Source of the DNA: a virus
Lineage: Duplodnaviria > Caudoviricetes
Reading direction: 5' to 3' (one strand)
IMG/VR virus record: IMGVR_UViG_3300017648_000017
Span: 1-24,061 of that record
DNA: 24,061 nucleotides
Below the pieces are notes generated by a model. It was not told the DNA's origin, searched no databases, and was given only the letters and a program-made list of their open reading frames with translations. Each line of letters begins with the position of its first letter. The first letter of the stretch is position 1. Position numbers and translations under genes: made by a program. Positions 1-6,531 of this stretch are shown piece after piece.

Positions 1-350
1 CGTGCTTCTGCGCGCTCGCGTCGCTGGCCCATGCTGAAATCCTCTCGCATCCACGCGGTTGTCCGGCGCGGCTGTTCTGCGGCTGCGGCGCGGCCGTGGA
101 AGTGTTCAATGCGCCGATCCGCTCACTGTGGCTGGCGCGCGCCTGGTTTCGCTTCCCTCGAGCCCGGCCGGCGCCGGGCAGGGTGGCGGTGCGCCGGCAT
201 CACGTCTTCGTGCTGCGGCACCATATCAGCGGTGCGACCTGGATGGTCTATGACGCCAATTCCGGCGGACGCAAGACGCGCGTGCATCCGCGCTCGATCG
301 CCGGCTGGACCATCGTGGATCCGCGCGGCAACAAGGTGGCCGCGCAATGA
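1..350 (+). CDS. 3' part of a secreted CHAP/NlpC-P60-like hypothetical protein (starts before the window)
   Basis: The frame from position 3 is open: ...ALASLAHA-EILSHPRGCPARLFCGCGAAVEVF...W..FPR...G.VAVRRHHVF...YDANSG. It shows a signal-peptide-like end (AHA) and Cys, His and DANSG motifs resembling CHAP-type peptidases. The ORF track gives only 96..350. Confidence 0.6.
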   Translation, partial: CFCALASLAHAEILSHPRGCPARLFCGCGAAVEVFNAPIRSLWLARAWFRFPRARPAPGRVAVRRHHVFVLRHHISGATWMVYDANSGGRKTRVHPRSIAGWTIVDPRGNKVAAQ

Positions 351-632
351 TCCGGCGGCGGCCGTGCTGATGCTGCATCAGATCGGCGCCCGATGCAGGC
401 GATTCAGTTTCCGTCCGCGTGGTAGGCTCGGTGATAGGCGCGGACGCTGGCCTCGATGATCTCGGCTTCAAGGGCGGCGGCGTTCGTCGGCTTGTCGTGC
501 CAGATGATGCGCCCGATCTAAAGCGCAGGTTTTATCGGCTCGAAAGTCCCTCCGAGAACAAAACTGCGACTTCATTTCAGAATGACTGCGGTTTTGCATT
601 TCAGAATAGCCGGAGCCGGAAGCTAAGGCGGG

Positions 633-661
633 TTGCCTAACCGATTGATGCTGTGTATTGA
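633..661 (+). promoter_or_regulatory. possible sigma70 promoter of the tRNA-Cys locus
   Basis: TTGCCT-N17-TATTGA followed by a GC-rich discriminator just upstream of the tRNA 5' end at 675. Confidence 0.35.
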
Positions 662-674
662 TCCGCGCCCATGG

Positions 675-722
675 GGCCACGTGGCGGAGTGGTTACGCAG
701 CGGTCTGCAAAGCCGTTTACGC
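675..722 (+). pseudogene. 5' fragment of tRNA-Cys(GCA); probable att junction
   Basis: GGCCACGTGGCGGAGTGGTTACGCAGCGGT-CTGCAAA-GCCGTTTACGC contains the acceptor 5' strand, the D-arm and an anticodon arm with GCA. No T-arm (GTTCGA), acceptor 3' strand or CCA follows. Confidence 0.85.
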
Positions 723-734
723 TTGTCCCCTACC

Positions 735-763
735 TTCCGTCTCCCTATCTCGCAGCCTATATT
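735..763 (+). promoter_or_regulatory. putative promoter for the tRNA-like RNA
   Basis: TTCCGT-N17-TATATT ends 11 nt before the RNA 5' end at 774. Confidence 0.4.
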
Positions 764-773
764 CGAAGTTCCG

Positions 774-885
774 GCGGTCGTGGCGGAATTGGTAGACGCA
801 CGCCATTTGGAAAGGGCCTATTTGAGACCTTTTCCAATGGCGCGGAGTGATATCCATGAGGGTTCGAGTCCCTTCGACCGCACCA
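774..885 (+). ncRNA. tRNA-Leu-like RNA with a greatly extended anticodon arm (112 nt)
   Basis: Acceptor stem GCGGTCG(774-780)/CGACCGC(875-881), discriminator A and CCA. Leu-type D-arm TGGCGGAATTGGTAGACGC. Variable arm GGA-GTGATA-TCC. T-arm GAGGG-TTCGAGT-CCCTT. The anticodon arm is replaced by a 42-nt hairpin at 801-842. Confidence 0.85.
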
Positions 886-891
886 ACCTAG

Positions 892-915
892 AACGTCCAA
901 CAAAACGTCCAACGT
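892..915 (+). repeat. integrase arm-type site pair, copy 1
   Basis: AACGTCCAACAAAACGTCCAACGT (12-bp tandem period), identical to 1069-1092. Confidence 0.75.
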
Positions 916-974
916 TCGGAATCTGCCTTCATTGATTGTATTGAGGAAAATGCTCAGATAGTGCGGTGCCGACG

Positions 975-990
975 CCGCTAGGGAGCGCCA
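975..990 (+). other. putative att core resembling the 3' end of tRNA-Glu
   Basis: CCGCTAGGGAGCGCCA matches the T-stem 3' strand, acceptor 3' strand and CCA of alphaproteobacterial tRNA-Glu as I recall it (5' end GCTCCCT). GCGG at 963-966 can pair with CCGC as a degenerate T-arm. It lies between the two arm repeats. Confidence 0.65.
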
Positions 991-1068
991 GTTACTTTTG
1001 CCAAAATCACCATATTTTCAATTGCATAATGCGTAGCGGTTGACTCTGGCGCTTGTTTTGGGCGACAA

Positions 1069-1092
1069 AACGTCCAACAAAACGTCCAACGT
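1069..1092 (+). repeat. integrase arm-type site pair, copy 2
   Basis: Exact 24-bp direct repeat of 892-915, ending 10 bp before the int ATG. Confidence 0.75.
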
Positions 1093-1101
1093 CACGGCGA
1101 A

Positions 1102-2445
1102 ATGGAAACGCACAACGACCGTCTGACCGTTCGAAACGGGGTCTGGAACTACGTCCGCCGGGTGCCCGTCGAATACCAGCAGTTCGACCGTCGCGGCATC
1201 GTCAAACTTTCCACCAAGATCAAGGTTGTCGCCGATCGATCCGGCACCAAGGCCGCGCGGGTGGCCGCCAAGATCGACGAGCAGCTCGAGCTCTACTGGC
1301 GAGGTCTCGCCGGCGGCGCGTCGATCGAGGCCAAGCAGCTCTGGCGCGACGCCGTAGCGCGGGCGCGGACGCTGGGGCTCGAGTACATGCCGCCGGCGGA
1401 AGGCGCACAGCGGCCCATCGCTGACGTGCTGACGCGCCTCGAAATACTGATGGACGATGATCGCTGGCGACAACCTGCGATGCGGCAGGCGGTCGGCGGC
1501 CTGGTCGATCGGCCGGCGCTGAAGCTCTCGAACTTGTTCGATGAATATGCCGACGCCAAGCGCAGCCGGTTGGCGAAAATGTCGGATGATCAGCAGCGCA
1601 AATGGAAGTCTGCGAAACGGCGCGCAGTCGAGATCCTGATCGAACACCTCGAAGACGACAAGGCGTTGCACGAGCTGACGCGCGCCGACATGCTCGGCTA
1701 CGTCAAGGTCTGGGAAGATCGCGTGATCGACGAAGGTCTACATCCCGGTACGGCGAACAAGAACATCACGCACATTGTCGGCATGATCCGCACCGTGAAC
1801 CGCGTGCAGCAGATCCACCTCGACATGATGATCTTCTCCGATCTCCGGCTCGAGGGCGGTCGCAACAAGTCGCGCAAGCCGTTCCCGGTAAAGTACATCA
1901 CCAACAAGATCCTCGCGCCTGGCGCGCTCGCGGCGCTAAACCCCGAAGCGCGCGACGCCGTTCTTGTGGTGGTCGAGACCGGCGCGCGGCCGTCGGAAAT
2001 CGTCAATCTCGATCCCGCCGGCATCATCCTCGATGCCGAGATCCCGCACATCAAAATCCGACCGACCGGGCGTCTGCTGAAAAATGAGGTCTCGGAACGC
2101 GACATTCCGCTGGTCGGCATGGCGCTCGACGCCATGAAGCGTCATCCGGAAGGTTTCCCGCGCTATCGCGATAGGGGCTCTCAACTGTCGGCGGTGTTGA
2201 TGAAGCACTTCAAGGCGCACGATCTGCTGCCGAGTGAAAACCACTCGATCTATTCGCTGCGCCACAGTTTCAAGGATCGGCTGAAGACCGTTCTGGCGCC
2301 GGAGGAACTGACTGACGAGCTCATGGGCCACGCGATTGACAAACCGAAATACGGCGACGGTTACGGCTTAAAGCTGAAGCAGCAGTTTATTCAGGCGATC
2401 GCCCTGACGCCGTCGCTGGCCGAGGCCGCTTGCAAGTCGAGATAG
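1102..2445 (+). CDS. int: tyrosine integrase with a DUF6538-like N-terminal domain
   Basis: 447 aa. N-terminal WNYVRRVP..KLST motif; catalytic motifs TGARPSEI, LKNEVSERDIPL, YSLRH, LMGH and KYG. Confidence 0.93.
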   Translation: METHNDRLTVRNGVWNYVRRVPVEYQQFDRRGIVKLSTKIKVVADRSGTKAARVAAKIDEQLELYWRGLAGGASIEAKQLWRDAVARARTLGLEYMPPAEGAQRPIADVLTRLEILMDDDRWRQPAMRQAVGGLVDRPALKLSNLFDEYADAKRSRLAKMSDDQQRKWKSAKRRAVEILIEHLEDDKALHELTRADMLGYVKVWEDRVIDEGLHPGTANKNITHIVGMIRTVNRVQQIHLDMMIFSDLRLEGGRNKSRKPFPVKYITNKILAPGALAALNPEARDAVLVVVETGARPSEIVNLDPAGIILDAEIPHIKIRPTGRLLKNEVSERDIPLVGMALDAMKRHPEGFPRYRDRGSQLSAVLMKHFKAHDLLPSENHSIYSLRHSFKDRLKTVLAPEELTDELMGHAIDKPKYGDGYGLKLKQQFIQAIALTPSLAEAACKSR

Positions 2446-2618
2446 CGGCGTGCGCGCGACATCGCATCGTCCCGTGCGCGCATTGCAGCGATTTCGGATT
2501 CGAGGCGTTCGAAGTAGGGCGTCCAGGCCGGACCGTCTTCGAGCATCATCCACGAGACGAGCGCCAGCGCGCGTTCGAGGCGTTCGATGGTGATGGGCTC
2601 GTCCCGTCGCCGGCGCAT
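2391..2618 (-). CDS. small phage hypothetical protein
   Basis: 75 aa, helical (PYFERLESEIAAMR). Coupled to the upstream gene by a TGATG overlap at 2618; overlaps the int 3' end. Confidence 0.65.
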   Translation of the reverse strand: MRRRRDEPITIERLERALALVSWMMLEDGPAWTPYFERLESEIAAMRARDDAMSRARRYLDLQAASASDGVRAIA

Positions 2619-2923
2619 CAGGCCACCGTTTCCGCGGCGCTATCGGCGTCTGGCGCGAGTGTGGTCGGCTCGGCGATCGGCGCGGCGAGGGCGTAGCGGT
2701 AGCGGCCGATCTCGCCGGCCCGGGTGACGAGGCCGGCGCGGACGAGATCGAGCAGCGCGGCTCGAACCGCGGCCGGCAGCAGTCTATTCGGCCAGGCGAT
2801 GTCGCGCGGAGTGCGAGGCTCGCCGTCGGCAAGGATCTGCAGCACGCGATCGCGCATCTTGGCGACCGTGAGGCTTTCTCGGGTGACGCTCCAGAAGGCG
2901 GCGATGCCGGCGGGCTTTCTCAC
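2618..2923 (-). CDS. winged-helix DNA-binding protein (excisionase/RDF candidate)
   Basis: RDRVLQILADGEPRTPRDIA...VRAALLDLVRAGLVTRAG..GRYRY is a wHTH pattern. GTGA coupling with the upstream gene. Confidence 0.6.
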   Translation of the reverse strand: MRKPAGIAAFWSVTRESLTVAKMRDRVLQILADGEPRTPRDIAWPNRLLPAAVRAALLDLVRAGLVTRAGEIGRYRYALAAPIAEPTTLAPDADSAAETVA

Positions 2924-3375
2924 GCCGCACCGCCTTCCGCCTTGGCGAGGGCGGCGCGGGCCTGTGCGCGTACCTCGTTGAGATACCAGTCGGAGCTTCG
3001 ACCTTGCTCAGCGGCATCCTCGGCGCGATGTTCCCACCATGTCCGGGCATCGGGATCGTCAGGGTGGCCGTACGCCATCGCCATATCGCGCAGCGCCGTC
3101 TCCAACTCCTTGCACCGCTCTGCAAGCTGGCGCGGCGTCAGGCCGGTTTCGTGCAGGACCGTACCGGCCTCTGCGATCAGGCGAGCGTGATCTTCCGAAA
3201 TGTCGGCTTCAAGGATGCGTGTGCCGCCGAACATCTTCGGCTCGACCGCCGTAATGGCGAAGCCGGCCGGCTTCATTTCGGACACCTCGCCTGATGCGAG
3301 ATCGAGCGTTCCCCGCTTGATCGGCGAGTAATTCCACGGCCCCGCCGTGAACTTATGCTTTGCTGCGCTGGTCAT
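2920..3375 (-). CDS. phage early hypothetical protein
   Basis: 151 aa with KHKFTAGPW...HARLIAEA...ARAALAKAEG, a pattern common in phage early-left genes. ATGA coupling. Confidence 0.8.
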   Translation of the reverse strand: MTSAAKHKFTAGPWNYSPIKRGTLDLASGEVSEMKPAGFAITAVEPKMFGGTRILEADISEDHARLIAEAGTVLHETGLTPRQLAERCKELETALRDMAMAYGHPDDPDARTWWEHRAEDAAEQGRSSDWYLNEVRAQARAALAKAEGGAA

Positions 3376-3533
3376 GCCGGCACCTGTTGCGGTTCGTTCA
3401 GCGCGGCGGCGACGGCGGCGAGCTGGGCCTCAAACGCGCGCTGCTCCTGCTGCCATTCGGCAAGGGCGACGTCAGCCTCGAGCTGGGTGCAGGTGGCGAG
3501 GTTGTCTTGAGTGGGGTTTGGCTCCGGCGCCAT
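3372..3533 (-). CDS. 53-aa first gene of the leftward operon (below the ORF-track cutoff)
   Basis: MAPEPNPTQDNLATCTQLEADVALAEWQQEQRAFEAQLAAVAAALNEPQQVPA. GGGAGA RBS; its stop overlaps the next ATG (ATGA). Confidence 0.7.
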   Translation of the reverse strand: MAPEPNPTQDNLATCTQLEADVALAEWQQEQRAFEAQLAAVAAALNEPQQVPA

Positions 3534-3561
3534 TGCGCGTCTCCCGATCTGTGATCGGGAG

Positions 3562-3617
3562 AAAGTAACCTATCCGGTCACATTCGGTCAATCGGAATTT
3601 GTGACCTAATTGGTTAC
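3562..3617 (-). promoter_or_regulatory. PL promoter with two 17-bp operators (OL)
   Basis: Minus strand TTGACC(3591-3586)-N18-TACTTT(3567-3562). Operators GTAACC-TATCC-GGTCAC (3565-3581) and GTGACC-TAATT-GGTTAC (3601-3617). Confidence 0.75.
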
Positions 3618-3961
3618 TAACGTTTCGACTTCGGCGCACGCTTAGGCTTTGACGGTGACCCGGTGAGCTTGGTCAAAAGCGCGAGGGCCGCCTCGCGCTC
3701 AGCCATGGTGAGGCCAATATCACCGTCGCTGGCGTCCCCCGTCGGCGGCGGGCGCCAAAGCTGTTCGGGCAGAATGCCGAGAGTATCGGCATATTTCGCG
3801 ATCTTCTCCGCATTCATCCGGTTCTGTTCGCGCTCCATCCGATGGACGGATTCCCGCTCGATCTCGAACGCTTCGGCAATCGTTTCCGGACGAACGTTGA
3901 GGTGCTTCCGCCACTCAACAAGATAGAGGAGGCGGCGCGGAGGTGCGGCTTTTGTGACCAT
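3617..3961 (-). CDS. CI-like XRE/HTH repressor without a peptidase domain, probably leaderless
   Basis: 114 aa from MVTKAAP, with HTH LVEWRKHLNVRPETIAEAFEIERESVHRMER. Divergent from cro. TACGAT -10 lies 6 nt before the ATG. An alternative start is at 3988. Confidence 0.8.
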   Translation of the reverse strand: MVTKAAPPRRLLYLVEWRKHLNVRPETIAEAFEIERESVHRMEREQNRMNAEKIAKYADTLGILPEQLWRPPPTGDASDGDIGLTMAEREAALALLTKLTGSPSKPKRAPKSKR

Positions 3962-4047
3962 GCCGGTATCGTACTTGTGGATGGGCATGGTGGCAGGGGC
4001 CGCAACGGTCACATTTTGACTTTCCATTTTGTGACCGAATCGGTTAC
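3954..4047. promoter_or_regulatory. OR operators of the cI/cro switch
   Basis: GTGACC-ATGCC-GGTATC (3954-3970), GGGGCC-GCAAC-GGTCAC (3996-4012) and GTGACC-GAATC-GGTTAC (4031-4047); same consensus as OL. Confidence 0.75.
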
Positions 4048-4058
4048 TGATCGCGATC

Positions 4059-4289
4059 ATGAGCGAGCCGCACCCTCTTACCGAGTACCGAAACAGCTTC
4101 ACACCACCCAAATCGCAGGAGGATTTGGGCCGTGATCTTTCGGTGAGTCGCGAGGCCATCAACCGCTGGGAAAACGGCAAGCGGAAGATCGATACTGACA
4201 TTCTGCCGCGCGTTGTCGAGATCACCGGCATTCCGGCACGCGAACTGCGGCCCGATTTGGCTGCGTTGTTCGACGGGGAGGCCGCCTGA
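4059..4289 (+). CDS. Cro-like HTH regulator
   Basis: 76 aa; SQEDLGRDLSVSREAINRWENGKRK HTH and a C-terminal ELRPDL motif typical of Cro/YdaS proteins. Confidence 0.88.
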   Translation: MSEPHPLTEYRNSFTPPKSQEDLGRDLSVSREAINRWENGKRKIDTDILPRVVEITGIPARELRPDLAALFDGEAA

Positions 4290-4291
4290 TG

Positions 4292-4579
4292 TCAGTGGCA
4301 GCCGCCCTCGGCCATCACATCGTCGATCGCCACGTTGCCCTCCTGAAACGCGGTGCACTGGCGCAGGCCGCGCGCGAACGTCGCCTCCGGCAGCACCAGG
4401 CGCGCCACCACGATACGCTCGCGCGCGCCGCCTCCGATGCTCCGCGTGGTGTAGAGCGTGACGCGAACGCAGCTGGCGCCGATCTTTTCGATTTCGCCGA
4501 TGCCCTCCACGAACGTGTCCGCCACACAGGCCGGATCGATCAGTTCCGTAAAGTTTGTGTCCCTCGCGTGCGCCGTCAT
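4292..4579 (-). CDS. hypothetical protein, antisense to the PR operon
   Basis: 95 aa with natural composition (DTFVEGIGEIEKIG..VRVTLY..ERIVVARLVLP); its stop abuts the cro stop. Confidence 0.6.
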   Translation of the reverse strand: MTAHARDTNFTELIDPACVADTFVEGIGEIEKIGASCVRVTLYTTRSIGGGARERIVVARLVLPEATFARGLRQCTAFQEGNVAIDDVMAEGGCH

Positions 4580-4728
4580 TCTGTGCCCCAGCGTCTTTTA
4601 TTGGCTGCGGCAATTGTCGGTTGCGCGTCGGGTGTTCGACTATCGGCCGTTGGTAACAGGGTAAACAGCGCGGGGAGGTCAGCATGATCTCCGGGCCCTT
4701 TGGTGATGATGGCGGCATCTGGCGGCGG

Positions 4729-5001
4729 CTAGTTCTTGTCCCTGATCGCCTTGAGGCGGGTGACGTTCTCGCGGATCATGTCGAGGCTGGCGCGCGCCGC
4801 GTTGAACATTTCCAGCGCATACGCTTCGTTGCCGACGCCTTCCTGAAAAATCTGCGCTTCGGCCTGCGCCACCATCGTGTCGGCGAGCTGCAGCAGCTTC
4901 GCCGCGTTCGTCTTCTGACTGAGCAGCAGCACCATCAGACATTCGACAGCCAGCAGCCGGCCGGGAAGTTGCGTGTTCAGATTGTCGAGCGGATTCGTCA
5001 T
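4729..5001 (-). CDS. helical hypothetical protein, antisense to the PR operon
   Basis: 90 aa from MTNPLDNL, with natural composition and a purine-rich stretch upstream. Confidence 0.6.
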   Translation of the reverse strand: MTNPLDNLNTQLPGRLLAVECLMVLLLSQKTNAAKLLQLADTMVAQAEAQIFQEGVGNEAYALEMFNAARASLDMIRENVTRLKAIRDKN

Positions 5002-5030
5002 TGGCTGTCGTCTTTCACATGGGGGCGGCG

Positions 5031-5408
5031 ATGATCGCGAAGGTACGCTCACGCGGCGCGGCGAGCAAAAAACGGCGTTTCCCCTCGGGGAATCAGAATT
5101 TCCCCTCGGGGAATCAGATTTCGCCAGTCATGCAAAAAGTGAAGGGCTCGCTGAAGCCGGTTAAAGCCGCGCAGGAACTCGTGTTTTTGACCGGAGAGCC
5201 GCTGTCGATTTGCCAGAAAGTGCTGTCCGGGCACCGAAAAGAAAATGGCGAATTGCTCGCCGCTTTTTTCCGGTCGCGGCTGATCACCAGCGCGATCATC
5301 GGTCTCACCGAAGGCGTCACCGATCCAGACGCAAAGGCCATCCGCAAGTTCTGCCAGAAGCTCGAACTGAAGCGGCAGCTCGCCGCCCTCGAGGAGGACG
5401 GCGAATGA
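5031..5408 (+). CDS. CII-like transcriptional regulator
   Basis: Lies after cro; HTH-like KAAQELVFLTGEPLSICQKVLSGHR and a C-terminal coiled coil; ATGA coupling downstream. Confidence 0.6.
   Translation: MIAKVRSRGAASKKRRFPSGNQNFPSGNQISPVMQKVKGSLKPVKAAQELVFLTGEPLSICQKVLSGHRKENGELLAAFFRSRLITSAIIGLTEGVTDPDAKAIRKFCQKLELKRQLAALEEDGE
5078..5119 (+). repeat. 21-bp tandem repeat of a palindromic unit
   Basis: TTTCCCCTCGGGGAATCAGA(A/T) x2; each unit contains TTCCCC-TC-GGGGAA. Confidence 0.9.
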
Positions 5409-5650
5409 TCAGCGTCACCGCGCTCCAACTCATCATCTTCATCCTTCTCGCCTTCGTCGTGCTCTGTGTCGCGTGCGCGATGTGGGTCGGGCTGCGCCGT
5501 GAGATGCGGCCGGACCCTTACGGTCTGCCGTTCGGCGATATCCCTCACACCGTTCGGCCGGAGTTGCCCTCCGAACCGAAGCGGGCGGCCGGCGCTTCTC
5601 CATCCCCTCGGGCCTCGGCCGCCCGCGGCTTCGCGCGACGGGAGTCCTGA
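5405..5650 (+). CDS. small single-pass membrane protein
   Basis: 81 aa; MISVTALQLIIFILLAFVVLCVACAMWVGL transmembrane helix; GAGGA RBS and ATGA overlap. Confidence 0.75.
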   Translation: MISVTALQLIIFILLAFVVLCVACAMWVGLRREMRPDPYGLPFGDIPHTVRPELPSEPKRAAGASPSPRASAARGFARRES

Positions 5651-5652
5651 CA

Positions 5653-5988
5653 ATGACCGCCGGCTCGTATTTCACCGTGCCGCAGACGGCGAACTTCCTT
5701 GCGGCCAAGGCCGTCGCCAGCGCGACATCCTTCCTCGACGGCCGCAGCGATGCGGCGCGGCTCGGCACCGACGCGGATCAACTGATCCTCGACATGCTGG
5801 CGGTGCCGAATCATCCGGACGCCGCGAACCTCAGCGACCCGGCGCGGCTCCTGGTCATTGCGATGATGCGGATGGCGCGTTGCCGGGAGCCGTGGCGGCT
5901 CGAACGCTGGCAAATGATCGTCGCGTCTCTGGTCGAGCTGGTGCGGCGGGAATCCTCCGAGATGCATGCGGCCGGAGCGGCATCATGA
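5653..5988 (+). CDS. phage hypothetical protein
   Basis: 111 aa; GGAG RBS; tightly packed in the operon. Confidence 0.7.
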   Translation: MTAGSYFTVPQTANFLAAKAVASATSFLDGRSDAARLGTDADQLILDMLAVPNHPDAANLSDPARLLVIAMMRMARCREPWRLERWQMIVASLVELVRRESSEMHAAGAAS

Positions 5989-6305
5989 AGCCGCTCTCCC
6001 AAACATTGAGCAGTCTTGTCGTTCTCACCGAGGAGTTGCTCGCGCGGCCGCTGCTCGATCCGCGCTCGATCGCGCCGCGTTTCGCAGCAATCGCCGCCGA
6101 CGTTCGCGCCGCCGAGGCGCGACCGGCCGAAGGCATCCGCACCACGTCGGCCGCGCTGGTGACGGTGACGGCGATCGAGGAATACCGCCACGCGGCGAAC
6201 GAACGCGCGCCGATGTGGCTGATGCTGATCGGCGCCACGCTGCCGCTGCTGCGCGCCGCGGCGTTCGACGCTCTCAGCGAGGAACGACAGGGGAGGGACG
6301 CGTGA
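5985..6305 (+). CDS. phage hypothetical protein
   Basis: 106 aa from MKPLSQT; GGAG RBS; ATGA overlap. Confidence 0.7.
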   Translation: MKPLSQTLSSLVVLTEELLARPLLDPRSIAPRFAAIAADVRAAEARPAEGIRTTSAALVTVTAIEEYRHAANERAPMWLMLIGATLPLLRAAAFDALSEERQGRDA

Positions 6306-6529
6306 CGGAGGATATCGAGACCTGCATCGCTTGCGACGCGCCGTTCGTCGACGGCGACTTGGTCTACTCCGATCATGACGGCGGCTGCATCCATGCCGCT
6401 TGCTGCGGTCCGGAGCGCGAAAATTACGTCAACGCCGACGGTGAGCCGCTGAAGGACGACGAGCCGATTCCGACGCCGTGGATCTGGCGGAACGCGGATG
6501 ACGTTTTGCGCGCTGCGAGGGCCTGCTAG
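6302..6529 (+). CDS. small zinc-binding protein
   Basis: GTG start with GGAGG RBS; CIAC...HAAC motif; 75 aa. Confidence 0.7.
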   Translation: MTEDIETCIACDAPFVDGDLVYSDHDGGCIHAACCGPERENYVNADGEPLKDDEPIPTPWIWRNADDVLRAARAC

Positions 6530-6531
6530 CC

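Noticed and set aside
559-607. Imperfect hairpin and CATTTCAGAAT direct repeat upstream of tRNA-Cys
   Set aside because: Short, and no function can be supported; it could be a regulator or arm site but the evidence is insufficient.
801-842. Antisense pairing of the extended arm with the int start (AAATGGAAA) or with 4018-4030
   Set aside because: Only about 6-nt matches, which are expected by chance.
774-885. Ordinary tRNA-Leu, or a tRNA with a group I or bulge-helix-bulge intron
   Set aside because: There is no 5-bp stem with a 7-nt anticodon loop, the ~25 extra nt are far too short for a group I intron, and no bulge-helix-bulge motif is evident.
892-1092. CRISPR-like mini-array
   Set aside because: Only two copies, about 150 bp apart, with no cas genes; integrase arm sites explain it better.
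2251-2265. Integrase YSLRH instead of HSLRH suggesting inactivity
   Set aside because: The first His of HxxR is known to vary, and the R, K, R, H and Y catalytic residues are present.
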